DNA from: Amoebophrya sp. A120
Lineage: Eukaryota; Protista; Dinoflagellata
DNA: 64,000 nt
Assembly: GCA_905178155.1 (NCBI GenBank)
Contig: CAJINV010000005.1
Span: 1,700,438 to 1,764,437 of the forward strand
Direction of reading: 5' to 3'
Notes under the pieces: generated by a model
What the model saw: the letters and a program-made list of their open reading frames with translations, nothing else
Told to the model about the DNA's origin: nothing
The model's database searches: none
Shown: in pieces, positions 1 to 11,733 of the stretch
Numbering within the stretch: the first letter of the stretch is position 1
Layout: every line of letters begins with the position of its first letter
Translations under genes and position numbers: made by a program

Positions 1-220
1 GTTCGTCATGATCTGCTGAAACAACCCAGGTTGCATGCGTTCGAGGATGTCGCGGAGGCTCGCCGCGCCACGCTTCCACTGTTTTTTCGTTTATTTTCAT
101 GTGAAAAAGACCTTCGAAGATCTTCATTTTTATCCGGGTCGTGACTGAGTAGAAGTCCTGCTAGCGTGGTCGCTTGTTGTGCATGTGTTTGCATAATATG
201 ACGTATACTTTGAATCGCAT

Positions 221-3200
221 CTATGGGTCTACGTCAATCTCTATTACTTCTATTTGCTCAAAAAAATCATAAACTTGTCTCCATGATGTTGATACCACGA
301 AAATACTGGCCGCCAGCACGAAGTGCTTCTTCATCCGGACGTCGCTTTTCCTTGACATCAGTGCGGTTAGTGCAACCTTGAAAATGACGTCCACTGTGGA
401 GGAATACATTTCGAAGGGGAGGTACGCGAACACCGCACCGAGCAGGTCGAAGGCCATGCCCTCCGTTTTTCGGTTGTTCAAGGTTCCTTCGAACCTCTTC
501 AGAATCTCCCCCATGTTCTGCTGCAACAGCGCGCGGAAGTGCTCGTGCCGCGAGAGGTAGCTTTTCAGAAACCGAACCAAGGCGGGGATGTTCGGGTGCT
601 TCGTCCAAAACTCGAGATGCATCAAAGTTTGGAACAGCTGGGAGTACACGGGTTTCACCTGGAGTAGGTGGGGTTGTAAAAATAACATCGGGATAGTGGG
701 TCATAATTATTTTGGTGTTGACGGTGATGTTCATCCTGGCACATGGAAACCCTGTTCCTGTTCCCAACGCCACCAAAGCTTCAACCGTGCGGCGGTCTAG
801 GTCTTCATCAAGCGAAAAAAATAATTCAAAAAAAGTTGTAGTTAAAAACCGTATCGGGCAAAACATCAGAAACAGAATCCCACATCGTATAATTTGGTTT
901 TGCTTTTTACCTCCTTCGTCGAGTCCAGTAGCAATCCGAGCACCTGGAAGACGTACGGTAGGAAATCTTTCATCACCTCCCCCTGAAGGATGAACCCGCA
1001 CACCTTCAGCATCTGCCCCTCGACCTCGTCTAGCTTGCCCGTCGGTTGTGTATGCACCGCAACTACAACCATGTCTTTGTGTGTCCCCCGGGTCTGGAAA
1101 ATAATGAAAATGATCCTCATAATCAATCAATGCAAGGTTTAGGTTTGTCATGGTTTTTATGCTCCGCGCGTATAACAACAATTCTACTGAAGCGGTCTGT
1201 CACGTACAGTACCCAAAGGCCCCATCATGATGCCTCTGTCAAGCCCAAACGCACTTATAATGGAGATGCGAAACAGACAAACCCTGCCACAAGAAACTCA
1301 AAAATTTGTCATGCTTGTCCGTCAATTGCGGCGTGCGCGCGCTGCTCGTGGTCGTGGTCAACCAGCAGCACAATTTTCCAGATATTGACCCAGACTACAT
1401 GATGATAGTTGCGATGCATAATGTGCGACCTTGATGATGACCGCCACGCCCTCGAAGAGAAAGTGGGCGAACGACGGGTGTTTCGGATTTGCCGCAATTT
1501 GTTCCAGGAGCTGCGTCGACTTCTGCAGCATGGGCACCGCGATATCGCCGGCCGAGTGTTTGAGGAACAGAAAAATGCGGACGATGCACCGCATCAAATA
1601 CTCGTTCTGTTCGATTCCCCTTTTCTCCGTCAAGATGTTCACCATGGGCTCGAGCGCGGTTCTGAGCAAGGCGGACAGCTGCTGGGGCTGGAACTTCAGG
1701 TTCCCAACAATAGTTTGCGGTGTTTGCGTTTGGTTCGCCCCACCACTGCTCACGTTGCTGTTTGCCGTGCCCATTTCCCTCACCATGATGATCTTCTCGA
1801 TCGCGTGCGCGGCGCATCACGGTGCACAACTGTCCCTCACGACGGAGCCCCCTCATTTGTCATGCTTAACAGACTTCTGCGCTACCTAGCCCGGGCAGCA
1901 GGTTCGGGTTTAATTATAGGGAGACCTCCCTTTGGTTTTCATGCAAAATGTCCAACACGCGACCCTTTTCTTCTTGGCAGGGCGTGCATGGCAAGTTCAT
2001 CCCAAGGACACCCAAACGGTCTCCCTACAGTGGTCCGTGCGCATGCGCTTTATCATTAGCATTTTCTATTATGCTGCTCAACATCATGCCCGGCGTCGTC
2101 AAATGAGGGGGACATCAAGGGGGGCCAGTTGTGCAATTTCGTACGGCGTAGGTGTGAACCACGGCGGACTTGTGCGACACGTGGCGGACTATATCCGGTA
2201 ACACGGAGAGAAGCGACTCTGTGGAAAGCAACGATCGGAACTGGGTCACGTACTTCAAGCAGGCCGCGCGGAGCGGCGGGAAGTCGGACTCCGTGTCGAC
2301 ATTGGACTGCAGAATCGTCTTCACCTCCTGGTCAAAATACTGCTGGAAAGGAACCTGGGAGTGTGCGCGAAGGTAGTCAGTCGTGATGTAAATAAAGTCG
2401 TGGTGGGTGGTCCGTGTGGCGTTTTTACTTTTACTACATGTACTACACGAACTACACACTCACATTTTGACATTGCTTTGATGCACAATTATTAGGAGGA
2501 AAGAAGGCAACAAGATAAAATAGCGTGGCGAAGCACAAAATTTATTTCTTCGTATTTTGACCAATAGGTGAATACATACCTGTGCGTTGACCAGGGTGCA
2601 GCCTTGCTGCTTCGTCCCGCCCTTGATCGCCATTGCCATGACGACGTAGATGCAGGACTCCTTCGACAGACACCGCTCGGCGTTGGAGCCCGTTGCCGTC
2701 TGCGCACCGTTGTTCAACAGCTGGCGCACGTGCGTCATCAGGATGTTGGTCACGTTGGACTCCTGGAACCGCATCAGCGCTTTCACCAGCTCTATTGCCG
2801 TTTTCCGCCTCGTGTCCTGGTCCGCTTCCTCGATGTCGCGTTGGATGAAGCTGAGTAGGTAATTGAAATTTATGAAGATTCAGCACTCCACTTTTGTTGT
2901 AATTATGACGGCTGTCGATCAATGTCTTCGCTACAGCTACTCATTATATTTTCTTTGCTCGTGCGACCCGTTCGCATCTTCGTGGCGGTGGAACAATCAT
3001 CGATCTGATGCACCAAGCAAAAAATGAGGAAAGCAGGATGATGAAATCTTCCATGACTTGGAAAGACCCCCCCTCTCGCGTCGGAAACTCCCCTAGTTGG
3101 GGAACGAGAACCCACATGCTAGAATTTCGAGCGTTTCAAACATATTGAATCCAAAACGTCGCGCGGTGTTGCGAACCACAAAAATCAGGCACGGCCTACG

Positions 3201-6200
3201 CACGACATTGCAAGCACCTTGCAGGCAGTGTGGCAGAGCGTTCCTGTCGACGATGTGACGCGGGCAGTAACGTGCTGCAGTCAGAAGGCTCGCAATCGCA
3301 ATAAGTTTCCCGGAGTGCGATAGTTTTTATTCGGGTTCGCTGTTAATTCAGCGAGGCCTCGCTCCGGAAGAACGAGAAGTCGAGTAATTTCCTTTTTGAA
3401 ATTCTGGAGTGAGATTTTTCCAGGAGTGAATATTCACTGAGTTTTCACTTGGTTTCTCGTTCCAGAACGAGAAATCGAGTGAAAATTCAGTGAGTTTTCA
3501 CTTTTTGAAGGGATCACGATTTTTCCGGAATTGAAAAATCTTCTTAGCGAATTCTGACTCCGGGAAAACTTCGCTCCCGGAGAACGAGGCCCAGTTCCGG
3601 AACTCAAAATCGAGTGAAAATTCAGTGAATTTTCACTTTTTGAAAATTTTCACTTTGAGATCACGAATTCTCCGGTCACGAATTCTCCGAGAGTAACAAT
3701 TAAGCTCCGGGAAATTCGTGATCCCTTCAAAAAGTGAAAATTCACTGAATTTTCACTCGATTTCTCGTTGTGAAACGAGAAACCGCGGGAAAATTCAGCG
3801 CGTATTCACTTTCGGAAAAATTTCACTCCCGGAGCGAGGTTTTCCGGCAGTGCAAATTCGCTGAATTGATTCTCACTCCACATAAATTCGCGATCCCAAA
3901 GCGAGAGCTTTCAATAAGTGATAAGTCAGTGAATTTTCACTCGATTTCTCGCGCGGAACGAGGTCTCGAATTCTCAATTTTTGAAAAATGCCGGAGCTCG
4001 CTCCCCGTTCCTTCACTGCGTCCTGACATAAATGGAAACTCCAAGAATTCTTGCTGTGTTTCTCCTTCCGGAGCGAGAGACTCAGTGAGAATTCAAAGAG
4101 TCTCACTATTCGAAAAAATCCGGGATCTGCGTGCCTCGTTCCCGAACTAGGAGAGTTTCCGATGTCATTTTCTTTTAGAGGTTCCAAGTCATGAAATCTT
4201 CAAATTTTAATTTATCAAACAAGTACTCAAGCGGACTGTCTTCGAAGAGCTCCACATCGATCTGCCGCAATTTTATGTTCGGCAGCACTATCAAATGTAA
4301 AAATGTCTGGGTCTGGAAGATTTAGATTACAACTTGTCATGCTAAATCTGCAGCATGCAAAAATCTGTGTTACAGCATTACCAAAAGTCGCCCAATTTTG
4401 ACCAAGTCGGGAGGTAGTTTCTCATGCAGGATAGGCATTAGAAAGTTCTCGCAGAATCTGTCATGCTAGCTCCGGCATTCCAGACCTCATGGGTCATGGA
4501 AAAGCAGCATGACAAATCGCGCATTCTTCCAGACCCAGACATTTTTACATGATAAGCACGATCCTTTCGCAAATTTGCTGCAGAGCGTTCAAGTCGTTGA
4601 AGGGGGACGTCTATGCATTGCAAAAGTATCGCACGATCACTCGCGGCAATTGCAATACTGCAAGACAAATCTGAAATCTCTCTCCCAAACTAAAAAACTA
4701 CCAGCATGAAAAATAGGATAATTTGTCACACTGAGCATGCAAAAACATGATACAGACTAAGTACCAATAAAGACATCATACTTTTGCAATGCATAACGCC
4801 TCGCCCCAGTTCTGGCCGGCGGCGGAGGAGAGGAACTTTATGCCGCTCGCCACCACGTTGTCGTTCATCTTATCAAATGCAAATGCGACTGGGTCTGGAA
4901 AACAAAGCAGACACTCCATATCATGCTGTTTTATTTGCATCTGGACGCAGGCCTAAAATGCCTGCAGAAAGAGAGCATGACGCCGGACAGAGCTTTTATT
5001 CTTGTTCCATGCCTAGTTTGCAAGATGGAGACAAACACAAAAGCAAGCGTCTTCTTCTGACTACGAAACACGAAATCTTGTTCTTTGCTGTCCAAAAAGA
5101 ACTAGAATCCGGACCACAAGTTCAAGTGTGCTCCTGCTCCACCAGACCCACAGACCACTATTTGCAATGCATACATGTCGCTCTGGTCCAACTCTAAGAG
5201 CAACTGCCACACTGCCGCGGTTATGGATTGTAAAAATGTCTGGGTCTGGAAGGATCCGAACTTGTCATGCAGATCTTACATGGCCCGTGACGTCTGTGAT
5301 GTATTCCCTGGCATCTCAGATTTCCTGAGTGCTTCTTGATGCCTATTCCGCATGACAAATGGCCTCCCCGCGTAGCAGAAACTGGGCTCCTTTTGCTGGT
5401 CATGCAATACAGATTTTTCTAGAATCCAAAATTAGCATGACAAACTTGCACTCTTCCAGACCCAGACATTTTTACATTTGATAGCGGTCGCGGGCTTCAC
5501 GAACTGTTTCACCTCTTCCTGGTACTTGGTCACGTACAGCCCTATCAAATGCAAAAATGTCAGGGTCTGGAAGAATGCACGACTTGTCATGCATATTTCT
5601 CATGACCCATGATGCCTGTAATGCATGACCTAGCATCGCAGACTTCTGGAGGGCTTCCTGATGCACATTCCGCATGAGAAATGCCCTATCCGTGTAGCAC
5701 AAATTGTTGCTGGTCATGCAATACAATTTTTTTTGGAGTCCAAAAACAGCATGACAAGTTCCAACTCTTCCAGACCCAGACATTTTTGCAATCCATAAGC
5801 CCCATGTTGTCGCAAATCTGCGCCCGGAGCTTGTTACACCGTTCCAGGTCCGTTTGCAGGAGGAAGGGCGGGAAGTTGGACGTTTTCAGGAAGTAGAAGA
5901 AGCCCTCGTACCAGATGCTCATGTTGTCCTCGTACTGCTCCGGTAGATCGACCACGTTCAGCGAGAAAAAAATCGCGCAGCTCGCCACCAAGGACCGCAG
6001 CTCCATCTCTTGGTGCCCCGGTGGCGGTTTGTTCGACGCGGACGAACCGCCGCTCTGCATACTTCCACCGCCCAGAGAAGAAGCGCCAGCTGCTATCCTG
6101 AGTAAAAACGTACCCAGCTGCTGCACACCCAGCGTTGTCATGCAAATGATCTGCATGCCCAATAGAATGAGGTTTTGCATGTTGCACAACCGCATGAGCA

Positions 6201-7911
6201 GCACTTGTTCTTTCTCCCGCTGTCTCCTGGTACTTTGTCATGCATCATGCTCTAATCATGATAGGAAGCTGGATTTTTTGAGATGAGGGGGCTTCACTGC
6301 TAGTCAAACACCACTACACTTGGAGATGAGACCCAAAGAACTTGTCATGCGCAACGAACAGCCAAAACTTCTGCCTGGTTTGTGTTCTTGCAAGAGTCCC
6401 ATCTTGACTCTGGGTTGGCGCTGGGAACGTTTTTCCACAAGATAGAGCTCGTCGTGGCCGCCGTCCCAGCGGCCGCGGCTTGCTGCTGCGTCAGCACGGA
6501 ATTCAAGTTCGCGCAGCTCTCCTTAAACGCCTCCAAGTGCACGTCCGCGAAGTTGTCCACACAGTACTTCTATGCATTGCAAATGTGTCTGGGTCTGCGA
6601 GAAAGCCTGATTGGTCCTGCATATTCTGCATGACCCCTGATGCCTGTAGTGCACGGCATAGCATCACAGATTTTTAGAGGGCTTCCTGATGCTTATTCTG
6701 CATGAAAAATGCCATCTCCGTGTAGAACAAACTGCACTCCTCTTGCTGGTCATGCAATACAGATTTTTTACGAATCCGAAGACAGCATCACAAGTTACAA
6801 CCTTCCAGACCCAGACAATTTTGCATTTGATAACTTCACCGCCCGCATTAACTCGTTCGTCCGGAACTGCTCTTCAAACACTCGAAACACCGGCTCCAGG
6901 GCCTCGAGAATCACCGCCTTCTGGGTCGGGCACTCCTTCAGCGACTGTTTCATGTCGGGGAGCAAGTTGTCCCACTCAAACGGGAAGTCGCACTCCGCGA
7001 TCAGCTCCATGGCTGCGCACAGCTGTTTCTGCACCGCTTTCGGCGCGGACATCAGCAGCTTCACCAGATTTTGCTTGATCATCACCCGCTGCTGTTCGGG
7101 CACCCCGTTTTGGTACAACGGCCACTTCCGCTTCACGTAGTTCTTGAAAAAGATCCCGCCCGCCTGCGACACGGCGGACTCGGAGGCTATCAAGTGCAAA
7201 TATGTCTGGGTCTGGAAAAATGGCAGGTTTGTCATGCATATTTTGAATCACCCACGACGTCTGTGATGCATGCCCTAGCATCACAGATTCTGAGACGGCT
7301 TTGCGATGCTTCTACCGCATGAGAAATGCCCTCTCAGCGTAGAACATCAAACTGGAGTCTTCTTGCTGGTCTTGCAATACAAATTTTTTTAGGATCCAGA
7401 GACAGCATCACAGGTTTAGAACCTTCCAGACCCAGAGCCAGACATATTTGCAATCCATAGAGGCGGTGGGGTTCAAATTCGCGGACAGCTTGTGGAGGAC
7501 CTGGAGGAGGATGATCCCGAACCGGTCCTTATCAAATGTAAAAATGTCTGGGTCTGGAAGAATTCTAGATTTGTCATGCATATTTTCCATGACCCATGAC
7601 GTCTGTGATGCACGCCGTAGCATCACAGGCTTTTAGAAACCCTCCTGATGCCTATTCCGCATGAGAAATACCCTCTCCGCGTAACACAAACTGGACTCCT
7701 GTTGCTGGTCATGCAATACAGATTTTTTCGGAATTCAAAAACAGCATTACAAGTTCCGACCTTCCAGACCCAGACATTTTTACATTTGATAGTCCTGCTG
7801 TTCCAAGTGTGTCAGCTCGTTCTGCGCCTGTTTGATGTCGTGCACGTTCGTCCCGACCGTCCGGTGCAGCAGGGAGGCGAGCGCCTGCTCCTCTGCGTCG
7901 AGGGTGTTCAT
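221..7911 (-). CDS. CSE1: Exportin-2 / CSE1 (CAS), importin-beta family; multi-exon, 3' end probably continues toward or past the window start
   Basis: Spliced translation from ATG 7911 gives CSE1-like motifs: AGGIFFKNYVKRKW, DFPFEWDNLL, ICDNMGLYVTKYQEE, VLPNIKLRQIDVELFEDSPLDFIQRDIEEADQDTRRK, VVHTYAAHAIEK, FLPYVFQVLGLLL, NIPALVRFLKSY. It has 11 TIR introns plus GT-AG introns at 659-910, 2355-2579 and 2851-4226. Confidence 0.9.
1051..1420. mobile_element. TIR intron element, degenerate family-A-like
   Basis: TIR tatgca.cgcaacta; TSD ttgtg/atgtg; removing element+5 restores KVAH|PTGK. Confidence 0.75.
1815..2143. mobile_element. TIR intron element, family F, degenerate, carrying a nested insert
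   Basis: Ends CAT...GTA with gtgcacaact TIR; perfect TSD cggcg; restores HTYA|AHAIEK. Confidence 0.8.
3052..4193. mobile_element. Non-autonomous hAT-like DNA transposon inside a GT-AG intron
   Basis: TIR catgacttggaa...tcggaaactc.cctagtt.gggaacgag; 8-bp TSD aaatcttc at 3044-3051 and 4194-4201; internal palindromic aaaattcagtgaattttcact repeats. Confidence 0.75.
4289..4554. mobile_element. TIR intron element, family A1 (reverse orientation)
   Basis: TIR tatcaaatgtaaaaatgtctgggtctggaag; TSD agcac. Confidence 0.9.
4612..4795. mobile_element. TIR intron element, family B
   Basis: TIR tatgcattgcaaaagtat; TSD acgtc/acgcc. Confidence 0.85.
4871..5173. mobile_element. TIR intron element, family A, diverged
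   Basis: tatcaaatgcaaat...tttgcaatgcata; TSD catct/catgt. Confidence 0.8.
5222..5483. mobile_element. TIR intron element, family A1
   Basis: Family A TIR; TSD gcggt. Confidence 0.9.
5543..5797. mobile_element. TIR intron element, family A1
   Basis: Family A TIR; TSD agccc; restores DNMGL|YVTKY. Confidence 0.9.
6094..6444. mobile_element. TIR intron element, family G, diverged
   Basis: tatcctgagtaaaaacgtacccagc...gctgggaacgtttttccacaagata; TSD eroded; removing element+5 keeps frame. Confidence 0.75.
6571..6832. mobile_element. TIR intron element, family A1
   Basis: Family A TIR; TSD acttc. Confidence 0.9.
7188..7459. mobile_element. TIR intron element, family A1
   Basis: Family A TIR; TSD gaggc. 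Confidence 0.9.
7530..7791. mobile_element. TIR intron element, family A1
   Basis: 31-bp perfect TIR; TSD gtcct; restores EQQD|RFGI. Confidence 0.92.
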
Positions 7912-9279
7912 TTTGATGCTTCTGGTCGTGGTTTTGCAGCTGCAGCTCCCGATGAAAACCACTGTATTTATTCTATGTTGTTACTTTTCCTTGATGGCTT
8001 CGGTCGCTACTTCGGAGAGGTCGTCGTACTGGTGATCGTAGTCGCGCGCGACAGGCAAAAGCTCTTCATTGTGTGCTTCTTGCTTCGTGTGAAAGGATTG
8101 AGGTCGATAGGTCGGTGTTGTGTCACAAAATCTAAATCTATATCTATTGTCGCTGGAGAAGATGAAGAACAATTCACAACTTACTAAGAAAGTAGCCATA
8201 AAGGAGTTTTGAATTTTGTCGCTGTTAGAAGATTTTAAAGTCGTTCTTGGTGCAAGAAAATAGAATCTTGACAAAAATAAAGCCAAGACCAAGCGCAGAA
8301 ATGAGATCATCGAAATGGTAGTGAGCAGGTAGAAAAATGCAGCCAAAATCATGAATCATTATCGGTTCTTAACGCTCGCGTTCTTGCGGCCAATTTTGAA
8401 TTGAACAACGGTCGAGGTCGTGAATCACGATTGTGAAGAGAAGACAACGATTTTTGAGTGTTTCCGTACGATCGATGAAAACTAGTTCAAAAAGCTTGAT
8501 CTTGTGTTCTACTATGCAGCAGGTACTCCTACAAGGAAAAAGCTCCTGGCTTTTGCTCATCACAAAGGGAAGAACCAGCATGAGCCTTGCCGCGGAGAAG
8601 GAGAACAACAAAAGTTAAACTCTATTTTCAGTACCTATTGCTTGAGAACCAAATTGCGCTGGAGTGCTTGTTACTCTCAGACTCAGAGGAAATTCGACAT
8701 CGACATCGAGGACTGCCTATGTAATAATTGCTGCTCGCCGTCTACGTTGTTGCTGTCACTTCTTTTCAATTTCAGTTTTCAACCAGCAGACATCAAAATC
8801 TTGTTTTCTGTTCTCTATGGCATATTCATGTTGTTGTTCGCGTTCTTCTTCTTTTCCTTTTGATTGAACTACGTTTTAAACAGAAACGATCTACAACGTG
8901 CAAAAGCGGATCCGATCCTTTTCGCCTGCTGTAACGTCATCAGTCAAAGTTGCGAGTGTCGTGCACTTACGCGGAAAAGGAATAAAGATGTTCGGAATGT
9001 AATTTACCTGTTAAAATTCCCTGAGTACCAGCGACCTTCTCCATCTGTTGCTCCACCAAGAGCATCTACTTACATTCTTCCCGCTTCTCCTCTCAGAACC
9101 CCGGTGAAGTTCCCCGCCCTTCGCCGCTTCCTGTTGTGCTGCCGAGCTTTTGGTGCAGGACAAGCTGCAAGTTTCCGCGGGGCCAGTGCTCCTGCTGCCT
9201 GTACTAGTAAGCAGTCCCAAAGGCTGTAATACAGGAACGGCAACACGACCGCAGCCACGGCATTTCTACAGTCTGCTGC

Positions 9280-10468
9280 TCACACGACCGACTCGCACGG
9301 GATTTTCGCCGTCACCACCAGAAACCCGTTTTTTTCTTTCAGCTTGATGCTTTTTGGGTCCACTTGCACGCCCCACGAAAACTCCTTCTTGTTGTGAGAC
9401 TTCCACGACGTCGTCCCAGGTCTAGTATTGCTTCTAAGAGGCGATAAAGCTACTGGTTGTGCACCGCCTGCATCTACTGAGCTTGTTGATGTCCTTGTGC
9501 CTGTGGTCCCGCCAGCTGCACTCACAGGAGCGACAGAAGATGCTTCTTGTTCCGAGGTTGTGGTTGCGCAGCTGCTAGTAGTTCCGCTTTTTGCAGTTCC
9601 GCCTGGCGTGGTACTGCTCCACGACTTCTGCACTTGCAAATTTCTCGCGTTTGCGTCGATGGCGATGCTGCACGCCGCGACGGCTTTCCTGATCAAAAAT
9701 GCGATGCGATCGGCCCCGCGGTGTAGCACACCTAGAGTACAAGTACAGATTTGCTCTATCAGATTCATGATCATCCCGAAGGTAGCAGGAGAAAGCTCGT
9801 CACGATATGGTGCGTCATCGAAATCTCTACGCGAGCCTCCTCTGTGGTACCATCAACGGAGTACCGTATTGCGATACCTAGAGGTTGTTGTAATGTCGAT
9901 CAGTAATCGCTTCGAGCTAGAGGCCATGATGAGCCACGGGCGTGATTCATTTCTATCGCGTAATTCGCAACCATTACTAGTGCCTGCTGCGCTACTTCAG
10001 TCGCAGTCCTTAACGATAGTCACTCGGTGTCAGCCTCCGACAGCCAAAAAACACCACTATAGCACTCGCCGCAGACATAAAAGAAAAAGTATTTATACCG
10101 TCGCTCAAGCTCGCCCACCCGCTGACTTGAGCGCAGCATATTGGGCAAGCCGGCAGCACATATTTCCCGAGCGCTTCCACGCAGTCCTTACACAAGGGGC
10201 CGTGGTTGCAATTTTCCTTCCCCACAGAAAAGTTGTTGCACTGCGCGAAATAGTCCGCTTGCCGGCGCCTGTCAAAACACCTGCGGCAGGTTTGGGTGGA
10301 AACCGTGAGGACACCCTGGAGGAAAGAGGACGCGGAACTGGAGCTGGATGCCGCATGCTGCTGCGCCGCTTCTATAGCCCTAGACGAACTCATTGCTTCG
10401 TGCTCAAGGCTGCTCGAGGACGGATTTGTGCTAATATACAGCGAAGGTGGTGTACGGGCTGGAGCCAT
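9280..10468 (-). CDS. Putative RING-type zinc-finger protein (exon structure unresolved)
   Basis: ORF 10010-10468 has CRRC...CNHGPLCKDC...CPIC, a RING-like spacing. The Ser/Thr-rich ORF 9280-9774 may be a downstream exon. Confidence 0.5.
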
Positions 10469-11733
10469 TTACTCTGTTTCTGGTATCTAAATCTACAGGA
10501 TCTACAGGCACAAATCTTATACTGCTGACAAATAATATTTTTTCTAATTCTGACCTGAAAGTAAAAGGGCTTGAAGACAACGGCGAATCGTTCTTGTCGT
10601 CCTGTGCTGATGATAATGATGTTACCGCCCAGTAGAGGGCTTCAAGTGTCCAGGCCGCGATCTAAACTATTCCTCCACAGCGTCTTCTTCTTCTTCAGGA
10701 CACCGACGTCCTGCTGTCTCCGCCAAGTCTACTGCGGCCGCGCTTTTTCAGCATGCAGAGTAGTAGTAAACGAAAAGGAAAAACATGCATTCAATGGACA
10801 ACTGAAACTCGAAACTATGGTGCGACTCATCCTAGGGCTAGGATCATGATCATGATGTCTTCAATGACGTGTATTTATTATAGTACTTATTATATTCATG
10901 TTGCAACTGCCATTACTAGAGACAAAGAGTGTGTTGCCAAGATGCGCACAAAATCATTCGGAGAAAGACTGATACTAAGAGCGCAACTTTCACCCCTACA
11001 CCACCAGACAACGTCGACTACAAAAGACTGGTCGATGATGTGGGACAAGAAAATACACTGCGCAACGCCTGTGCAGCTCTTGATGCTGGAAATATATCTC
11101 GAACGCGACCAGATATGAAGGTACCTGCTCTAGTACTGTCAGTGTCAGGCTGCAAATCCATTTCAATACTCATAGATCCTGTTGTTTTTCAGTACAATTC
11201 TAGCAACTTCATCTGGCTACTGGAATGTGGTCCTTGTCGAACTCATGCTTGTCTTTGATGCCAAGCATCCATAAAGCAATCGAAACGACTCTGAGTCGAA
11301 GGGTAAGTAGCAAGAACTTGTTCGCATTTCATCCGAGGTGAGCACCACGACCACGCCAGCGATGGTACAGATAAGAAGTCCCTCGCGGTGTCCTCCTGTA
11401 AGAAACTGATATGTTAAGCCGATGCAGCCACATGGGCTGGTGCAAAGTTCAAGAACAACGTATACTTAGCTTAAAAAAGTCGTGACAGAAGAAGTAGAGC
11501 AAGGGTGCGCATGTCGATCAAGTTTGAATTAATCAGTCTGAGTCTGCACACACGACAAGTACTAGAAGAACGCAAAGGATGAATGAGGCACGGGCTGCCT
11601 TGGTTTATTTTCGTCCGCTAGTATTAACTACACTGGTTTTTACATATCCGTTACAAAAATTACAGTGAATTACACGACGTGTAGTGGCGCCCGGCACAGG
11701 CACTAACTCTTCGCAAGAAACAAACCAGCCCGG

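Noticed and set aside
4289-7791. Regularly interspaced repeats resembling a CRISPR array
   Set aside because: The repeats are inverted termini of about 260-bp elements, the 'spacers' are consecutive CSE1 exons, and there are no cas genes.
221-7911. CSE1 and the other genes as transposon-disrupted pseudogenes
   Set aside because: The exons retain conserved motifs with no stops, and frame was restored by the same element+5 rule at nearly every junction checked.
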